DNA of 60,762 bases, filler included, from Perkinsus olseni (lineage: Eukaryota): the NCBI GenBank assembly GCA_013115125.1. It is 3 parts of 3 records of this genome, joined end to end, with 100 filler letters (N's around TTAATTAATTAA, not from the genome) between each part and the next. Parts side by side here need not be neighbours in the genome. Positions count along the whole stretch, not along the records: positions 1 to 20,236 come from JABANN010000582.1; positions 20,337 to 40,518 come from JABANN010000583.1; 1 more part is not named here. One strand, 5' to 3'. Position 1 is the first letter of the stretch. Each line of letters opens with the position of its first letter. Below, piece after piece: positions 10,601-24,519 of this stretch. The notes below the pieces were generated by a model, which worked only from the letters and a program-made list of their open reading frames with translations, was not told where the DNA came from and ran no database searches. The translations under genes and the position numbers were made by a program.

Positions 10601-13600
10601 TGCGGCAAAACCCCAATCGCAGCGAGGAACCTCTGATCTACCACTTAGACGTGGCTGCGATGTCGGTTGTTGCCTCTACCGTTTCCTGCCGTAGTAGCCC
10701 TGCATCCTCAGGTATCCTAATATCATCCTTAGTAATCGCCTGCAACCCTCGGCCATAGTCACCCCAGATTATTGTAACCAATGCAGCTACTCCGACCCTC
10801 AGCTGAAGAGCGATTGTAAGAGGCATATGGAGTGGAAGTGGCGAGGTGAGGGTCAGGGGGTTCGTCGCGGGGAAGGCTGCTGTGGTCAGGCGATCTGTAT
10901 ATGGCGACCAGGGCTGACGTCCAGCACCAACAGAGCGAGCTTTCTGGTCCAAGGCATAAGTAGGGGTGATGGTGGGAGGTGATGCTGCTCCGGATGGTAG
11001 TGTCCTTAGGTACACTACGACGGTTACGGAGCCGGATGGGTCGAGTACGGTACGGAAGGTTGGCTGGGATGAGCTTACTGAGAGGGAGCGGATGGAGATA
11101 CTCATTAAGAATGTCCGCAACTTCTCGTTGAAAGCGTACAAGAGGGTGAAGAGCTCGGTCTTCGAAGTGAAGTCTGATACGGTATGCCAACGGGAGAATC
11201 CTTTTTATATCGATACTGTCAGAGCCTTCAGGGACCGCAGGTGAGGGAAGGTCCTCGACGGTAGTGATGGATGGATTGTTGGCCAGGTATACGTACAAGG
11301 GATTAGTCAAAACTTGGGGGAAGAAGCTTGGGGAGGCCGAGGCGAGCAGCGACGCCTTGAAGATGTCCGAGGCGAAGGACATGATACTGCTCTTCGACTC
11401 CTTACAGTTGGCACATAAATGTATCCTTAATAGCTTTTACGGTTACGTCATGAGGAAGGGGGCGAGGTGGCACTCAATGACTATGGCTGGCATAGTTACC
11501 TATACTGGCTCGGGGCTTATTAGAGAGGTGGGAGGTTCTGATTCTGAGGAGGAGTGAGACGATTCTCAGGCCCGAGCGTTCGTGGATCGCCTGGGCTTGC
11601 CACTTGAGCTCGACACTGATGGTATCTGGTGTATGCTTCCTAAGAGCTTCCCGGAGAACTTCCAATTCAAGCTCAAGTCGGGCAAGGTGCTGTCAATGCC
11701 TTACCCCTGTTCGGTCCTCAATGTCCGTGTCCACGAGAAGTGAGCTCAATATCTTCAACATCGGGAAGGGGCATTGGAATGTATGAAGGTACACCAACCA
11801 TCAGTATCAGGATTTACAGCCAGACGGGACTTACGCCAAGTCATCTCAGAATTCTATATTTTTCGAGATTGACGGTCCCTACAAGTGCATGGTAGGCGAG
11901 AGATGCTGAGTGCCTCGGGGCGAGCGCTACTGCTACTCAGTTGCTACCGGCTTCAACGGAGGAGGACCGTCTCTTGAAGAAGCGATATGCAGTATTTAAC
12001 GAGGATGGCAGCCTGGCCGAATTGAAGGGGTTTGAAATCAAGCGACGCGGAGAGTTGAAGCTGATACAGGCAAGAGTGTGAAGAAGGGCGCGGTAGGCCC
12101 AGGCGACAGCAGGTATTCCAAGAAGAGCTCTTTCCGAAGTGTTTGGAAGGCAAGAATATCGAGGAAGCGTACGCTACAGTGGGACAAGTGGCTAATAGGT
12201 GGCTGGAGGTACTGTATGTCTGGGATAACACAGTAGTAGGGTACTTGAGATTAGGTGTGCAATTTTATCAGACAGTTTGGCCGAGTGGTCTAAGGCGGTG
12301 GCTTTAGGCGCCATTCCGAAAGGGCGCGGGTTCGAACCCCGCAGCTGTCACTTGTTTGCTCTTCCTGAACCAGGTTCTGGACACGAAAGGAGCATCGTTG
12401 ACAGACGCAGAAGTCATACACCTCATCTCCGAGAAAAAGACGATGTCCAAGAGTGTTGAGGATTCGGGAACTTTGAAGAGCACAAGCATCACCACCGCCA
12501 CCCGCATGGCTGAGTTCTTAGGTATTTCCCGACTGCGGCGCTCGTGAAGTAGCTACCTTGTCGCAGGCCCATCGATCCTGCGCGAGAAGGGCATTTCTTG
12601 TCATTTGATTATCGCAAAGAAACCATTGGGCGCCACACCGACTGAGAGGGCTATACCAGTGAATATATTCAATGCAGAGGAGCAGGTTAAGAAGAAGTGA
12701 GCTGGAAGGGGGCTGACTCGGTTGCCTGGTAGTGGACAATAGGTATCTTCGGAAGTGGATGGGCGACCCCTCGATCCACAACTTCGACATCCGCGAGATT
12801 ATAGATTGGCAGTATTACCGAACGAGGTTGGGAGCAGCGATACAGAAGATCATCGGCATACCGGGTAGGGCCAGGCCGAACGTGCAACGACGAGGTCGTT
12901 GCACGGTGCACTCGAATGCTTGCCTCAGCTATGAACCAACATGTAAAGAACCCTTGCCCTTCGGTGGAGCTGCCACAGTGGGCTAAGAAGCGTGTGAGGG
13001 AGAGGGAGGATACGTTCAAGTGAGCTGCTCCGTCAGCTGCACGAGCGAAGATCCTCCCGATGTGCGTCTTCAGGCAGAAGAAGTTGACTGACATGTTCGC
13101 GAGGATGGCGGGCAAGGCTCCAACCGTCACCACTGCTAGTAAGAAGGTTACGAAGGCGCAAGGCAGAGGCAGGGCCATGGCATCGTCCTCATCCTCCTCG
13201 AGTTCGGCGCTCCCAGCGCCACTGCCGGATCCGGAGCCAGCGGCCGATAGTAGCGCGATGGATATAGAGGAGGTCGGCGTTGCTGCTTCCACACGGAACC
13301 TGCGGAGGGTTCGTTTTTCCTAGAGTAGTTCGTCAGGTAATGCCGGTCCCGTCCGTGGATGACACGGCGGAGGCGTCCTCGTCGTCTATGGTGGTGGACG
13401 TTGAAGACGTGTCGATCGAGGGCATTGCCATGCTCAAACCGGCCCAGAAGGAACCGGTGAATTGGAAAAAGGTATTGCCCCAATCATCATCCGGCTTCAA
13501 GATAAGATTCTCCTTCCCTCAGAAGCAAGCCCAGAATCTCAGAGATCGGCATCAAGGCACCAAGCAGCACAAAAATGCTCTGCGTGAGAGAATGGAGAAG

Positions 13601-16600
13601 GCCCAGCAAAGGTAGTTGGACGCCCTTCTCAAGCCTGTTACTATCGGCTCAGGTTGGGTGCTATGGCTGGTCGAACAAGTGTGCCCTCTGGCGGCGAGGT
13701 GGATGCAGGTGACCACCACCCAGGTGCGACTGGAAGGCCCTGGCAGGTACGCGTTCTCTTTAATGGTTTCGTGCTAGGTGAGGCCTCCAGCGGTGATCCA
13801 CCATCCGCTACGACGGGTGGTGGGGTCTGGAGCATGGCAAATAGGAAGTTGGCAGTGGCGACATGGTGGGCTTCCCGGGATGCCTCGACGCCCTCAGCCC
13901 CTCTCCGGCAGGCACGTCCTCGGCTGTGAACCGGTTCACGACGCTAGCGCTGTGACTCTGTGGGTGCAGACGGCTGACAGTCCGAAGGTGCATCGCATTA
14001 CGCTGAAGCTAGGCAGAAGGTGCCTTGGTTCTGCTTGAGAGCTAGCAACCATGTTCAACCTCAGATTCCTCGCCGCACTGGACGACAGTAAGAAGATCCG
14101 AGAACTTCTCGATGTTATCGGCTTGGATAAGGTAACCATTCGACCCCTGAGTCTGGAAAGAGCCAGCCCCTTCAGGTTGATAGCACATCACAGGTCAGCG
14201 GAGGCCTCGAGCTGCCCCGTCAGATGCTCACTGATAGTGTGTTCGAGGTCAGTACGAGGCTTGACGCTGCCTCCTAATTGTGTCGATTGTAGGTGATGCT
14301 GAAGCCAGATGTGGGAGTGGAGTGGTATGAGGAACTGCTTCGGATGGTGCCAGCCTCGCTGAGAGGTGTCCGCCTGTTTGAATGCCCACAGCCTGGATCG
14401 CTAGTATTCGAGGTTCAGACCAGAATTACCAACACGGTAGGATTGGCCTGCAGGCTTTCATTGATACAGAAACGGCGTAGGTTCAATTCCACGACCCGAC
14501 AAAAGTTCCTGATTCTTTCTTCAGCGACCTCAGACTAGATTCAGCCCGGAACGTACTTCCGTCACTCAGCCACGTCGCCAGATGATCTTCCCTCAGCTCC
14601 GTCCATGCTCGGAGAAGTATCTTCCGATGGTTCAGTCGCCTCCCAGGCACTGCTATATGTAAAGAGTCGACGACCTCATCCGTGTCGTCCAAGCATCAAC
14701 CTTGGATACTTCTCTCGTGCTGTGTCAGTTACTTCATGATGACTCACGACGCCGCGGTGGACTACACCAGAATATTCGCAGCAGCGTAGGTCGCTGTGGG
14801 GTCACCTCTAGTGGGGATAGCATTCCTTTCGCTTCCTGAGTATCTGAGGTTGATGCCTGTTACTTACGGAATAAGTCGTGGTACATCCACCCGTAGGATG
14901 TTCGAAGAGAGCCTTGCAGCGTGGGGGAGGCGGAGCGAAGATCCTACTGGTTATCATCAGGTACCTTCCCACTGGCCTGTCCTACGCAGAAGCTCTCGGA
15001 GAGGTACGACTCTACGTCTGTGGCACGGAGCCGGAACAACAGTGAGAAGGAGGGCAGGGCTCAGGAAGATGAATTGTGATGTTCAGAGTAACCGATACGA
15101 GTGTGGACCGTATCTTCCGAGAGTCGCTATTGGGAGCCATCGGTGAGGAGCAGGCAGTGACACTGGACCGTATAGCGGCAGTGCAGGTAGTAGAGGACGA
15201 CGAGCTTTGTGTGGGCCACCCTGACTCCGCGTTAGGTTGAGTATCCGGACACCCCAGCCCAACTCCAGGGCCTGATGGAGCAGCAAATCTCGACCTGGCA
15301 GAGGCGGCACGGCGCTATGGTAGGAGGGCGATGTGTGGCTGGGAGGCTCTGACCATGGAGAGTCAGATCGCTGTGGTCACGAGTAACGCTGAGGACCTAA
15401 GGCATATGTCCCCGCCCTTCATCCCGGTCGAGTCAGTGGTCATGCGCACGCCGGTAAGGATCTTTCCTCTCCTGCTAGCAGGCAGGCTCTGCCCTTCTCT
15501 CCTCAGCTCGGGCCCGCTGATGCTGATTTTCCTCCGATCGACTGGGTACGATGGAACCTAAGGCGATGGTCCAAGCGGCTGCCGAGACTTCAAGGGTGGT
15601 TCAAGAAAGACAGGTAAGTGGCCGCTTGTATGAGCGCTGGATATGCGGCGGTCTTCAGGCTCTGGCTGGCTCGCCTCAGTGGTGTGCCGATCTGCTGTCT
15701 ACCGCCTAGTCACGACGAGGCCATCGCAGCCGCCTGGGATGTCATCTACGGGAAGAGGTATTTCTGCCTGTGGGAGGCTCACTGCTTCACCTGTTTCACT
15801 GTCTTCAGTGCTAAGGAGCAGGGGTTGGTGCTCAACACTAGCCCGCAGGAGGAGGTGGGTGGAGGTACCTTCTCATATCGGTCGATCGATCCTGTTGTAG
15901 ATCGGTCGAGTGGACTTGGCAGAGACATCAGAGCTTCTTCTGGAACCCAAAACTGGAAGGCCGGATCTGGGAGACATAGCGGAGGTCAGCAGCAGCCCCT
16001 CCCCCTTGCTGCCTCCCATCACCTTCGGTCAGATCAACAACCCCGGCATATACCGCTCAGTGTGCCTCAGTATCGACCTCCACAGTACAGTATGCACCAC
16101 GGCTCTGGTCAAGGCACAGCAATTATCCGATCTGTCGGTCTCTTGCTGCCCCGTCGAGGTCCCTCCTCCCTCTCCCCACCGCCGTCTATAGGTTCGGTGG
16201 TGAGCTCTCACGTCAGCGTGCGGTGGTAGCGTCCGGTGCGGCACTCAGTGGATCCACCGGGGAACCGCCGGAGTACCTTGAGACCGGCCTGACTGATATG
16301 ATAGACATAAATGCAGGGATACCGGCCGTAGCAGATGGAGGGGATATTTCGGTGGCTTCAACGAAGGTGGTGACGCCGGGGATCGAACCTGGGTCTAAGC
16401 CCGGTCTTCCTCCTGCGCTTGCATACGGACCTCTTCTGGTTCAGTCCTTCACATGTCTGATCCGGTCCGTGGAGCAGCTGTACTCTCGAGGAAGGGCTGC
16501 CGAGGCCAAGTTGACGAAGCTGTTGGAGGTGCCCAAGAACGATGCTGATAAACTTCGTCGGGAGCAGCAGATAGCGGATGGTGAGCCAAGTACGGTCCCC

Positions 16601-19437
16601 GCCTTCCCTTGGGTGATCCCCTGGAGCGTCAGGATCGTACGGGGCCACTGTGGACGCCCTGGAGAGCGAGTTGAAACAAACTCAAGGGCTGCTTGACGGC
16701 CTCTACCCCTGGGTCTGTGACTCGGCTGCTTGCCAGAGCAGGATGCCTGCCGACAGGAGTATCCGGGATAAAGTGCCATGGGGAACCCCATGGATTGGAT
16801 TCATCATCAGCGTCACTCCTCAACGCAGGTCCTCCAGTTCATGTCATTCGTACTGCGGCTGCTTGTGTCGGAGCTGAAACGATCAGCCGGTAGCCTGGAG
16901 ATCGTCTACGCCAGCTGCAGCAAGCTCATCGTTTCCACTGGCCGGGTGAGAGCCTCCCACTGCAAGCGTGCTGAACGCGTTACGGCAGATATCAGTCGGT
17001 GATGTTACTAGAGTATGGAAGGGTATGCAGAGCGTTGTGATCAACCACCCCATCCTGCAGCCGCTGGCTGTCATTTTCCAAGACGTCACCACAATTGGTG
17101 AGCCTTTGCGGCTCAGTCGTTGATGGTGATTGTGTTGTTGTGGCAGATATGTGCGCCTATGGTATACTGTGGATGGACCCGGCTAATTGGTCAGCTCTCC
17201 CGACTGACCCTACGACAGGGTCTGTAAACTCTGAGTGGGAGATCGAGGCCAACTGGAAAGTGGCGGAGTTCCTGCCCAATGCAATGAGGGCCCCTTTCTA
17301 CGTGTAAGCCGCTTACCTCGGTTATCTTGCTCATCCGCGTGCTATAGCTTCTGCTCGGAGTATCTTGTCGACTGCATGAAGGCCATGGAGAAGTTGAAAC
17401 GAGGAAAGAAGCTCGTGACGTTGGTTGAGAAGGTGAAATGACGGCTCATGCCGATTCGCCGCTCACTTTAGTTCGACAGACACGAAAGAGGAGACGCCGC
17501 GCGCAGGAGATTCAACGAAGGGAGGACGAAATCGCTGTGAGTTGCACAGCTTGAGTGGCGCAAGCATATCTTCGGTTGCAGCGTGCCACTGATGCGCAAG
17601 CCCAAGCTCGATGTGAGCTTGATGACCTGATGGATGATCCGAGGAGGCGGAGGGAAGAGAAGGGCAATAATTCTGAGGATGAGGAAGAGGCCGATCCAGC
17701 GGCAGCAGTGATGACCGACCAGCAGATCATGGCCGAGGTCCAAGCCTATGCATGCAACACAAGTAGGGTGGTATGATGCTTCCAGCGAGACGACAATGCT
17801 CGGGCGGTGCTCAGTTCTTCCTGAACTCCGTCAGAAGCTTTATCGCTATGTCTCTAATGTGACTCAAGTGATGCAGAATGACGAGGCTACGGTGAGTTGG
17901 CCTACCTCGTCTATAGACAACGCCAGTAGTGTTCTCTGGGAGAATGATAGAAGAGGGAGTGTGTCATAGTTATGAGAAGTCATGGTACTCAACCGTCATA
18001 GTGTAGTTATCTTATGAAAGCAGGCAACAGCTGAGTGCCTTGTGATGATAAGTCCGTAGAGGAGCAGCTCATTGTTCACAGCGAATCGCTGCTCTATACT
18101 TCCGAAATTCGTCCATGGATCGGTGTACAGATGGCAGAACTTCGACACAGGATGGTGGAGGATGAGGAGAGCGATGGCTCAGAGGATGAGGATTCGATAC
18201 GGAGTGATGATGAGGATTTCGAGGTAAGCAGCGACTCGAAGGCTGATCCGCCCAGCGCTCCCTCTTTCTACGCTCTGAAGCTCTGATAGGACGACCGGCA
18301 TATTTGATTTAGTTGACCCGAAAAGAGCGGCTTGAGAAGCGCCTGAACCAGTTCATGATGAAATGGGAGTTTCCCATGCAAGCTGCCGCGGTGAGTCTCT
18401 TCAAGCGACCTCGTCTCCAGCCGCTAGATGAAGTTTACTAACCACCCTTCAGGCGAGGACCGCCGCGAATGAGATGCGATCTTCGGGGTCGGCGAGATTC
18501 TCCGAAGACCCAGTTCTGGAGTTTGTCAAATGCCTTACGCACGTACGGCCTGCCCAACTCATTGACACGCAAACTATTTCTCATCACTGACGGATTCTCA
18601 TCACTTCGCTCTAGGTCATCGGGTTGGACTCCAGCAACGCGCAAATAGCGGACCTGGTCAACGCCATCCGGAACGACTTGATCCAGCTTTTACGGAAGAA
18701 CGTCTTCTCGGAAGAGGCTCAGTATTCATCACCTATCCCTCTTATCAGGGCCGCGACGCTCACCGACGTGGGCAGGGATGCTTGGTGGACGACCCCGTTA
18801 TTATATTCTCGACTTGCAGGTCCTTTGTCACAAGTGTCATCGCACTAGTAACATTGACGTCAACACAAGCCCTACGAAGGAGCCCGGCGTATGGGAGTGT
18901 CCGTTGTGCGAGCAGAGGTGCCGTCGTGTACTACGCACTGGAAGGAGGTTGGACCCTTCAGTTACGATAAAGACGCTATTGAAGGGCGATTGGTGGAGGC
19001 AGCTCACTTCGTGGTGTACGCTTGGCAGACGCAACAAGTCATCTGTATGAAGTGTCGTCGAGCTAAGCATGCCAACTTGTCCAAATTTTGCAAGTGCAGC
19101 GGAGACTGGTATCCACCTATCCTGCTTGTGCAACTTTCTTAATGCCATCTGTAGGATATGTCGAACGCCTCGAGAAGAGGCAGTCATGGCCCTCAAGACC
19201 CTTCGCTCCATCGCAATGGTGCAACAGCTGCCTTGGTTGACCGAGACGACAGACCTGTAAGTCTGTTTACATTGTGGCGCTGTCAGGTTATCACTCAGAT
19301 ACGTGGACATGCTACAGGCGAGGGATGCCTCACCTTCCGTCACAGCTCCGGTTAGACGAGCATACGTGAGGCCACTAGCTCCGGCAATAGGAGCAACATC
19401 AGCAACCGGCGCCACCTCCCATCTATTCCAATGCTGA
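7659..19437 (+). CDS. POLE: DNA polymerase epsilon catalytic subunit A, many small exons
   Basis: Exo[16 protein letters not shown], Exo[39 protein letters not shown], ExoIII YSVSDA. Pol motifs [88 protein letters not shown]-terminal Cys motifs CHKC..CPLC and CMKC..CKC. Confidence 0.97.
12271..12350 (+). tRNA. tRNA-Leu(UAG), inside POLE intron 12209..12373
   Basis: GACAGTT/AGCTGTC acceptor stem, A-box TGGCCGAGTGG, anticodon arm GTGGC-TTTAGGC-GCCAT, long variable arm CCGAAAGG, T-arm GCGGG-TTCGAAC-CCCGC, discriminator A. Confidence 0.95.
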
Positions 19438-20236
19438 TTTTTCCCCAATTCATGCATTTGTTTCTAACATATGTAATTCACTACTAAACCACCGCTCAGT
19501 GTTGATGAGGGGCGTAGTGTGGGATTCGCACGCGAGCCCTGGGCGTAGTATTGTAGAGTTAAACCCGTAGGGTTCGACGAGGGTGAAACTAGTGCAGGGG
19601 CTTAGCCCTGGGCAAGCGCACGGCGCGGATCTCAGCTGCGTTCCGGCACAACGGTTTCAGGCCCTAACTGGGCGCGCGACGGCGACCTCATGCGAAGACC
19701 ACGCTGAGACGCTAGTGGCTGAACTGGCCCCTAGCGTGCTTATTTTTTTTAACTAGACACGGGGGAATAGCTCGCCGCAGGTCAACCTGTACAAACTCGG
19801 ATCGTCGCCAGCCGGTCTGGATCCTAGCTTTGACCTCCGACGACTGTCACGGATACGAGCGCAGTCGTTGCGCGCTAGCGCCGGACCGGCCTAGTCCGAC
19901 GACCACGCTCGCACCCGTCTCCTCCCAAGCCCCTGTGTTACGGTTTCACATGGAGAGAAGAGGTGAAAGACCGTCATAGATAGCACGGCGGCGAACCTGA
20001 TTTATGCGTCGGAACTTAGGCAGGTGGGTCATGTTGGAAACGCAAAAACGAGACGTGTGTATCAGAAGGCCAACGATTAACATCATAGAAAGAAAAATTC
20101 TCTAACAGAGGCCACCCTGGTCTCTAAAAGGTGAGGTAGCAGATTAGATGATTAGCTCGGTTTAACACTGAGTAAGAGTAGTGTCAATAAGAATACCGGC
20201 CTTGATGTGAATCTCAGTCGGGCTCACAATTGTACC

Positions 20237-20336
20237 NNNNNNNNNNNNNNNNNNNNNNNNNNNNNNNNNNNNNNNNNNNNTTAATTAATTAANNNNNNNN
20301 NNNNNNNNNNNNNNNNNNNNNNNNNNNNNNNNNNNN
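20237..20336. other. Assembly gap with TTAATTAATTAA linker
   Basis: N-run interrupted by an artificial six-frame-stop linker at 20281-20292. Confidence 0.98.
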
Positions 20337-21145
20337 GACAGAGTCTCCCAGACTGGCATCAGAGATCCAATGAGAGCAGGCCATCCACTGGGGCGTGAAA
20401 TGGCACACTTCTTAGAACTCCAACTCTTCCGAGTGAGACGGTACGCGGTGCGCCAACACTCGAGTTTAATTTCCCATGCGAGTTGGTCGTTGATCAGAGC
20501 AAGCAAATACTGCAACTCTCAACTTGAGAATCTGAAGTGCTGCATCAGAGAGAATAGAGAAAAACTTACCTCTATCAAATTATCTTCACCAGTGGTTTCA
20601 GTCGAATTGGTTCAATAAGAATAGTTTGCCCCACTCACCTGTCTCAAAGTTCACAAGCAATCAGCAAGTGCGACGAACAACCGATCCTGGCGACGGCGTA
20701 AGCGGACTCCCTCGACCAGAATCATTTTTGCGTGCAAATCGTTAAGTCATCAGACTCGAGTATAGACGACAACGCCTGAAAACAAGTCGCAAGTCGCGCC
20801 GAGCACGAGGGCGGAGCGAAGCGATGCACGTTTCGCGGTTTTCTCACCTCTATTGGGTTTCGGGTTTTCGACCTGTAACACGCATGCACCCCGCGAAGGA
20901 ACTCGCGACGCCAACAGCTAGTAACTGCTGGTGATCGCGTTGATGGACTTTCGAGGGTGGCGAGATCGTCCGAAGGCTCTTGCCGGTGTTGTTGGGAAGC
21001 TCAGGAACATCAGCGCACGTTCGGCGTCTCGTGTCGCCAACCCAGTGGACTGTAGCGGTTGATAACGTGTTGGTAGCATAAAATTGGGAGACGCGTTGTT
21101 GCTGTCAATCAGCCAGTGGCTTGTCATTGGGTGTAAGAGCGATTA

Positions 21146-23800
21146 ATGGGCTTACTATGTTCAAAAGATATCTTTGACATCCGTGAAAGACGCAGGGTGA
21201 GCTTGGATACGGCCAGATTCGTATCAACCTCGAGTGACCTCAGGATTCCTCTCTGCTCGGAGACTGCGGAGCTGCTGATATACGGGACCACTACCTCCTC
21301 GGCGATAAGATTGGCGAGGGGGCATACGGTCAGGTGAGTGGTTATCACGGGTTTGAGTGAACCGATGGAGGGCGTGGTCTTATCGACCGGAACTAGGTAA
21401 CGCAATAGCCAGTCGACTCGTAGCAGCAGCTGAGGTATGGAGCTGACTCGGGAGCGAGCAGGGCGACCATTAACCATGATTAGCTATGGATCCCAGGTTG
21501 CACGCATGCACATGGATGTGCGTGACATCGCGTTACAGTCATTATTATCATGCCAATTAGTATTGCTTCGCTCCGCTCACGGTTTACTGCTGTTGAAGTA
21601 GGTAAGGAAATGCCACTGTGTTGAGACGGGTGAGCTTTACGCAGTGAAAATACTACCCGTGGAGAGGCCTGATAAATCATACGACATGGTGGGATAGAAC
21701 CTGTGCGGGTTTGGGGGCACCGGGTGTGGACAGGTACGGGCTGTAGTTGCTAATGAAGTTAGCGTCTTAGAGAAGTTGAATCATCCCAATGTGTGCAAGT
21801 AAGTTTAGAAAGTAAAGACACTGTTTGACGAAAGGAATCTTAGGTCGACTTATCATGTGCATGCGTGTAAGATGCTCTATCATGATCAGAGCTCGGGGAT
21901 TCCCTTTTAGACCTCGAGAGTTCTTCGAAGATGAATATTTTTACTATCAAGTTATGCAGATGTACGGTCCACCGGTCTTAGTTGGCCTCAACTCAAGGTG
22001 GGCAGAAGTTGAGCTGTTCTGCATCTTGCATCCTTCAACCTAAGATTCGCTCCTAACGTGCGGTACCGTAATGGAACGCAACCCCTGATCGCAGTGAGAT
22101 TGCCCGAGTATCGAATCGCCGACCTCATCAAATCAGCGTTGAAAGCCTGCGCCTACATTCACAGTCAGCGCATAGTGTAAGAAGGTGGGATAATCTCAAG
22201 TTCAGCCATGCGTGATACGGAATAGGTCAGCTTGATGACTAGTTGATCTATCTATTCTCTTCAGCCATCGAGATATCAAGGGTGATAACTTTCTCTTCGA
22301 GTCGGCTGATGTTGAGCGAGGAGAGCTGGTCATGGTCGACTTCGGGCTAGCCGTAGAATGTGAGCCCACAGGCGTGCAGCTGGTCATCAGCCGTCTTCTC
22401 CTCAGTACAGGATGATGAGACCCTCAAGAAGGCCTGCGGTACTGTGAGGTGAGCTGCTGCCGCTACTGCTACTGCGGACGAATCATTTGATAGATATTAG
22501 GTGGGTGGCCCCTGAAATGCTGCAAGAAGGCTACAACAGCGGCTCTGTTGACGTATGGGCAGTTGGTGTTCTATTGTAAGTATGCTACGACGACCTCTTC
22601 TGCGATTGCCTAGCGTCAACCTAAGATATGCATGTTGAGAAAGATATCCTCAGGAGAATAATGCAGGAAAACGATCGACCTTGGATACGCCCTCTTCTCC
22701 TCCCTCAAGGTACATTCTAGTGTACGGTTGTTACCCCTACGATGGGACGGTTGTTCATAACGTCCTGCACAGCATCGTTTACGTACGATGACACGTAGCC
22801 AGCCTTCTCGTGATACGCATCTTGCGCTTCTTTAGGAAGAGCCAGCTTATGTACCAGTAGCTCCAGACTGGGAACCATCTTCAGCGACTAAGAAGTGCTC
22901 TGTCTTGACCTTTTTGGTATCTTGCATACTCAACCTTTAGATTCGTGAAGAAAATGATATCCAAGAACTGGCGGCGGAGACCATCAGCTTCGCAAGCCTT
23001 GGATGACACATGGTGAGTCGCGAATTGACTGCGCCACCTCGTTGTAGTCGGTGTAGTTGTAGAGCATGACCAGATTGGGCTCATATTGAACGGTATAGAG
23101 TGATGGATAGTTGAAAGGGTGGGAGTTAGAAGCGGTTTCACTAGGTAGTGATGATGACGCTAGTGAACACACAGTTCGCTTATGTTATGGAGACAGTATA
23201 GGGCTTTCCTCTCGCGCGAGAAACCCTGCTTGGAAGCTCTCTACCTTCCATTTTATCGTTGTTATACCATAACATACCCAACTCTTGAGGCATCATTCCG
23301 CAGTAGAGCAGGACGATTTGAACAACGGACTCCAGCTTGGACAGGTTCCTTGAAATGGCGAAGGCCAAACCGACAATTCTTACAGTCGCTGAGAGGAAGG
23401 CAAAGGCGATCAAGCGAGCTGCGGCGAGAATAAAAATAGCGGAGCGAAGCACGACCGACCGCATATCTAACCAGGATCATCAACCCGTGATAGTTTCGTC
23501 ATCAGAGCGGTACGTGCCCGTCTGGGGCCCCAGCCTGATTGTGCAATTCGCTCAGTCCGGCTGCTTCGTCACCATCCGCGGGAGTCGGGGAACTGTCGGG
23601 TCGCGGAGATGAGGACTTCATCAGCGGCGAAGGCCCCTCTTGGTCGGTCGATGGATCTGCGGGGATGGGAGTGAGAATAATGTCGAAGGCAGGGATCGAA
23701 CTCGGGACCTTCAGGCGGAAGTACCGTCGTCTCCGAAGGCACCAACAGATGAGGGGAAGGAAGAAGTGGCAGCTGAGGTGAGGAGATCCCTTCATGGTTT
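21146..23800 (+). CDS. CAMK/CDPK-like Ser/Thr protein kinase, multi-exon; ends approximate
   Basis: Exons give VANEVSVLEKLNHPNVCK, EFFEDEYFYYQVMQ, HRDIKGDNFLF, MVDFGLA, CGTVRWVAPEML, DVWAVGVLL, FVKKMISKNWRRRPSASQALDDTW. Candidate N-terminus MGLLCSK at 21146. Confidence 0.88.
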
Positions 23801-24519
23801 AGTCGTCACTTCCAATACCAACTTTCCCCCAAATCATGCGTGGTCAACCTGGAGTTGGGCGTCCGTAGGTTGCTCTTGAACCAGTTGAATGATCAAAATT
23901 GAATCTTCCGTTGTGATAAACTTTACCCGATTCCCACGAGCGAGACTCCCGAAAGCTACGCCCGATCGATTCTGTATTGCTCACGGGTCAACATAAGATT
24001 CTCTACCACCCGCGACTTTGATGAAAGGTCGGCGGTGCTAGGTAGAGGATGAGGCTAGGAAGGTCGTGGGTATATCAGAGTAGCCATTGGCATCCGTTCT
24101 TGCGAGCTTCGTCCGACTGTGCTCATCCATGTCCGAAAGACACCCTTGGTTTTCCACGCGAGGATGCTTCACTAGAAATACAACAGAGTTGCTCAAAGGG
24201 TGCGTACTGCCCGGCTTCTCACAATTTACCGGATTTCGCATGATCGAGAATTTCATGGGAAAATCAAAAAATTACATGAATTGGTAAAATTAATTTCCTA
24301 ATTCGTGAAATTGAGTGATGAATCGTATCACTCTCACTAGGAGCCTCCGAAAGCGGACCAAGGTCAATCGGCCTCGAGCAAGCGAGCGCCGGTATCTCCG
24401 AGTTTATTCGTCACCGCTGCGCCCTCCGTTGGTCAGCGGACGGAAGTAACACCAGTGGACCCTCTCAAGTAGGTCTAGGGTCATCAACCTGGTGGTATCT
24501 TTTGCGCTAGGTTTATCTC

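Noticed and set aside
20281-20292. TTAATTAATTAA palindrome (also at 40563-40574)
   Set aside because: Embedded in N-runs; an artificial scaffolding linker.
20337-20880. Possible LTR ending in TGTAACA
   Set aside because: No second LTR, PBS or retroelement ORF. Minus-strand GTGAGT/GTAAGT donors suggest the 5' end of a gene cut by the gap.
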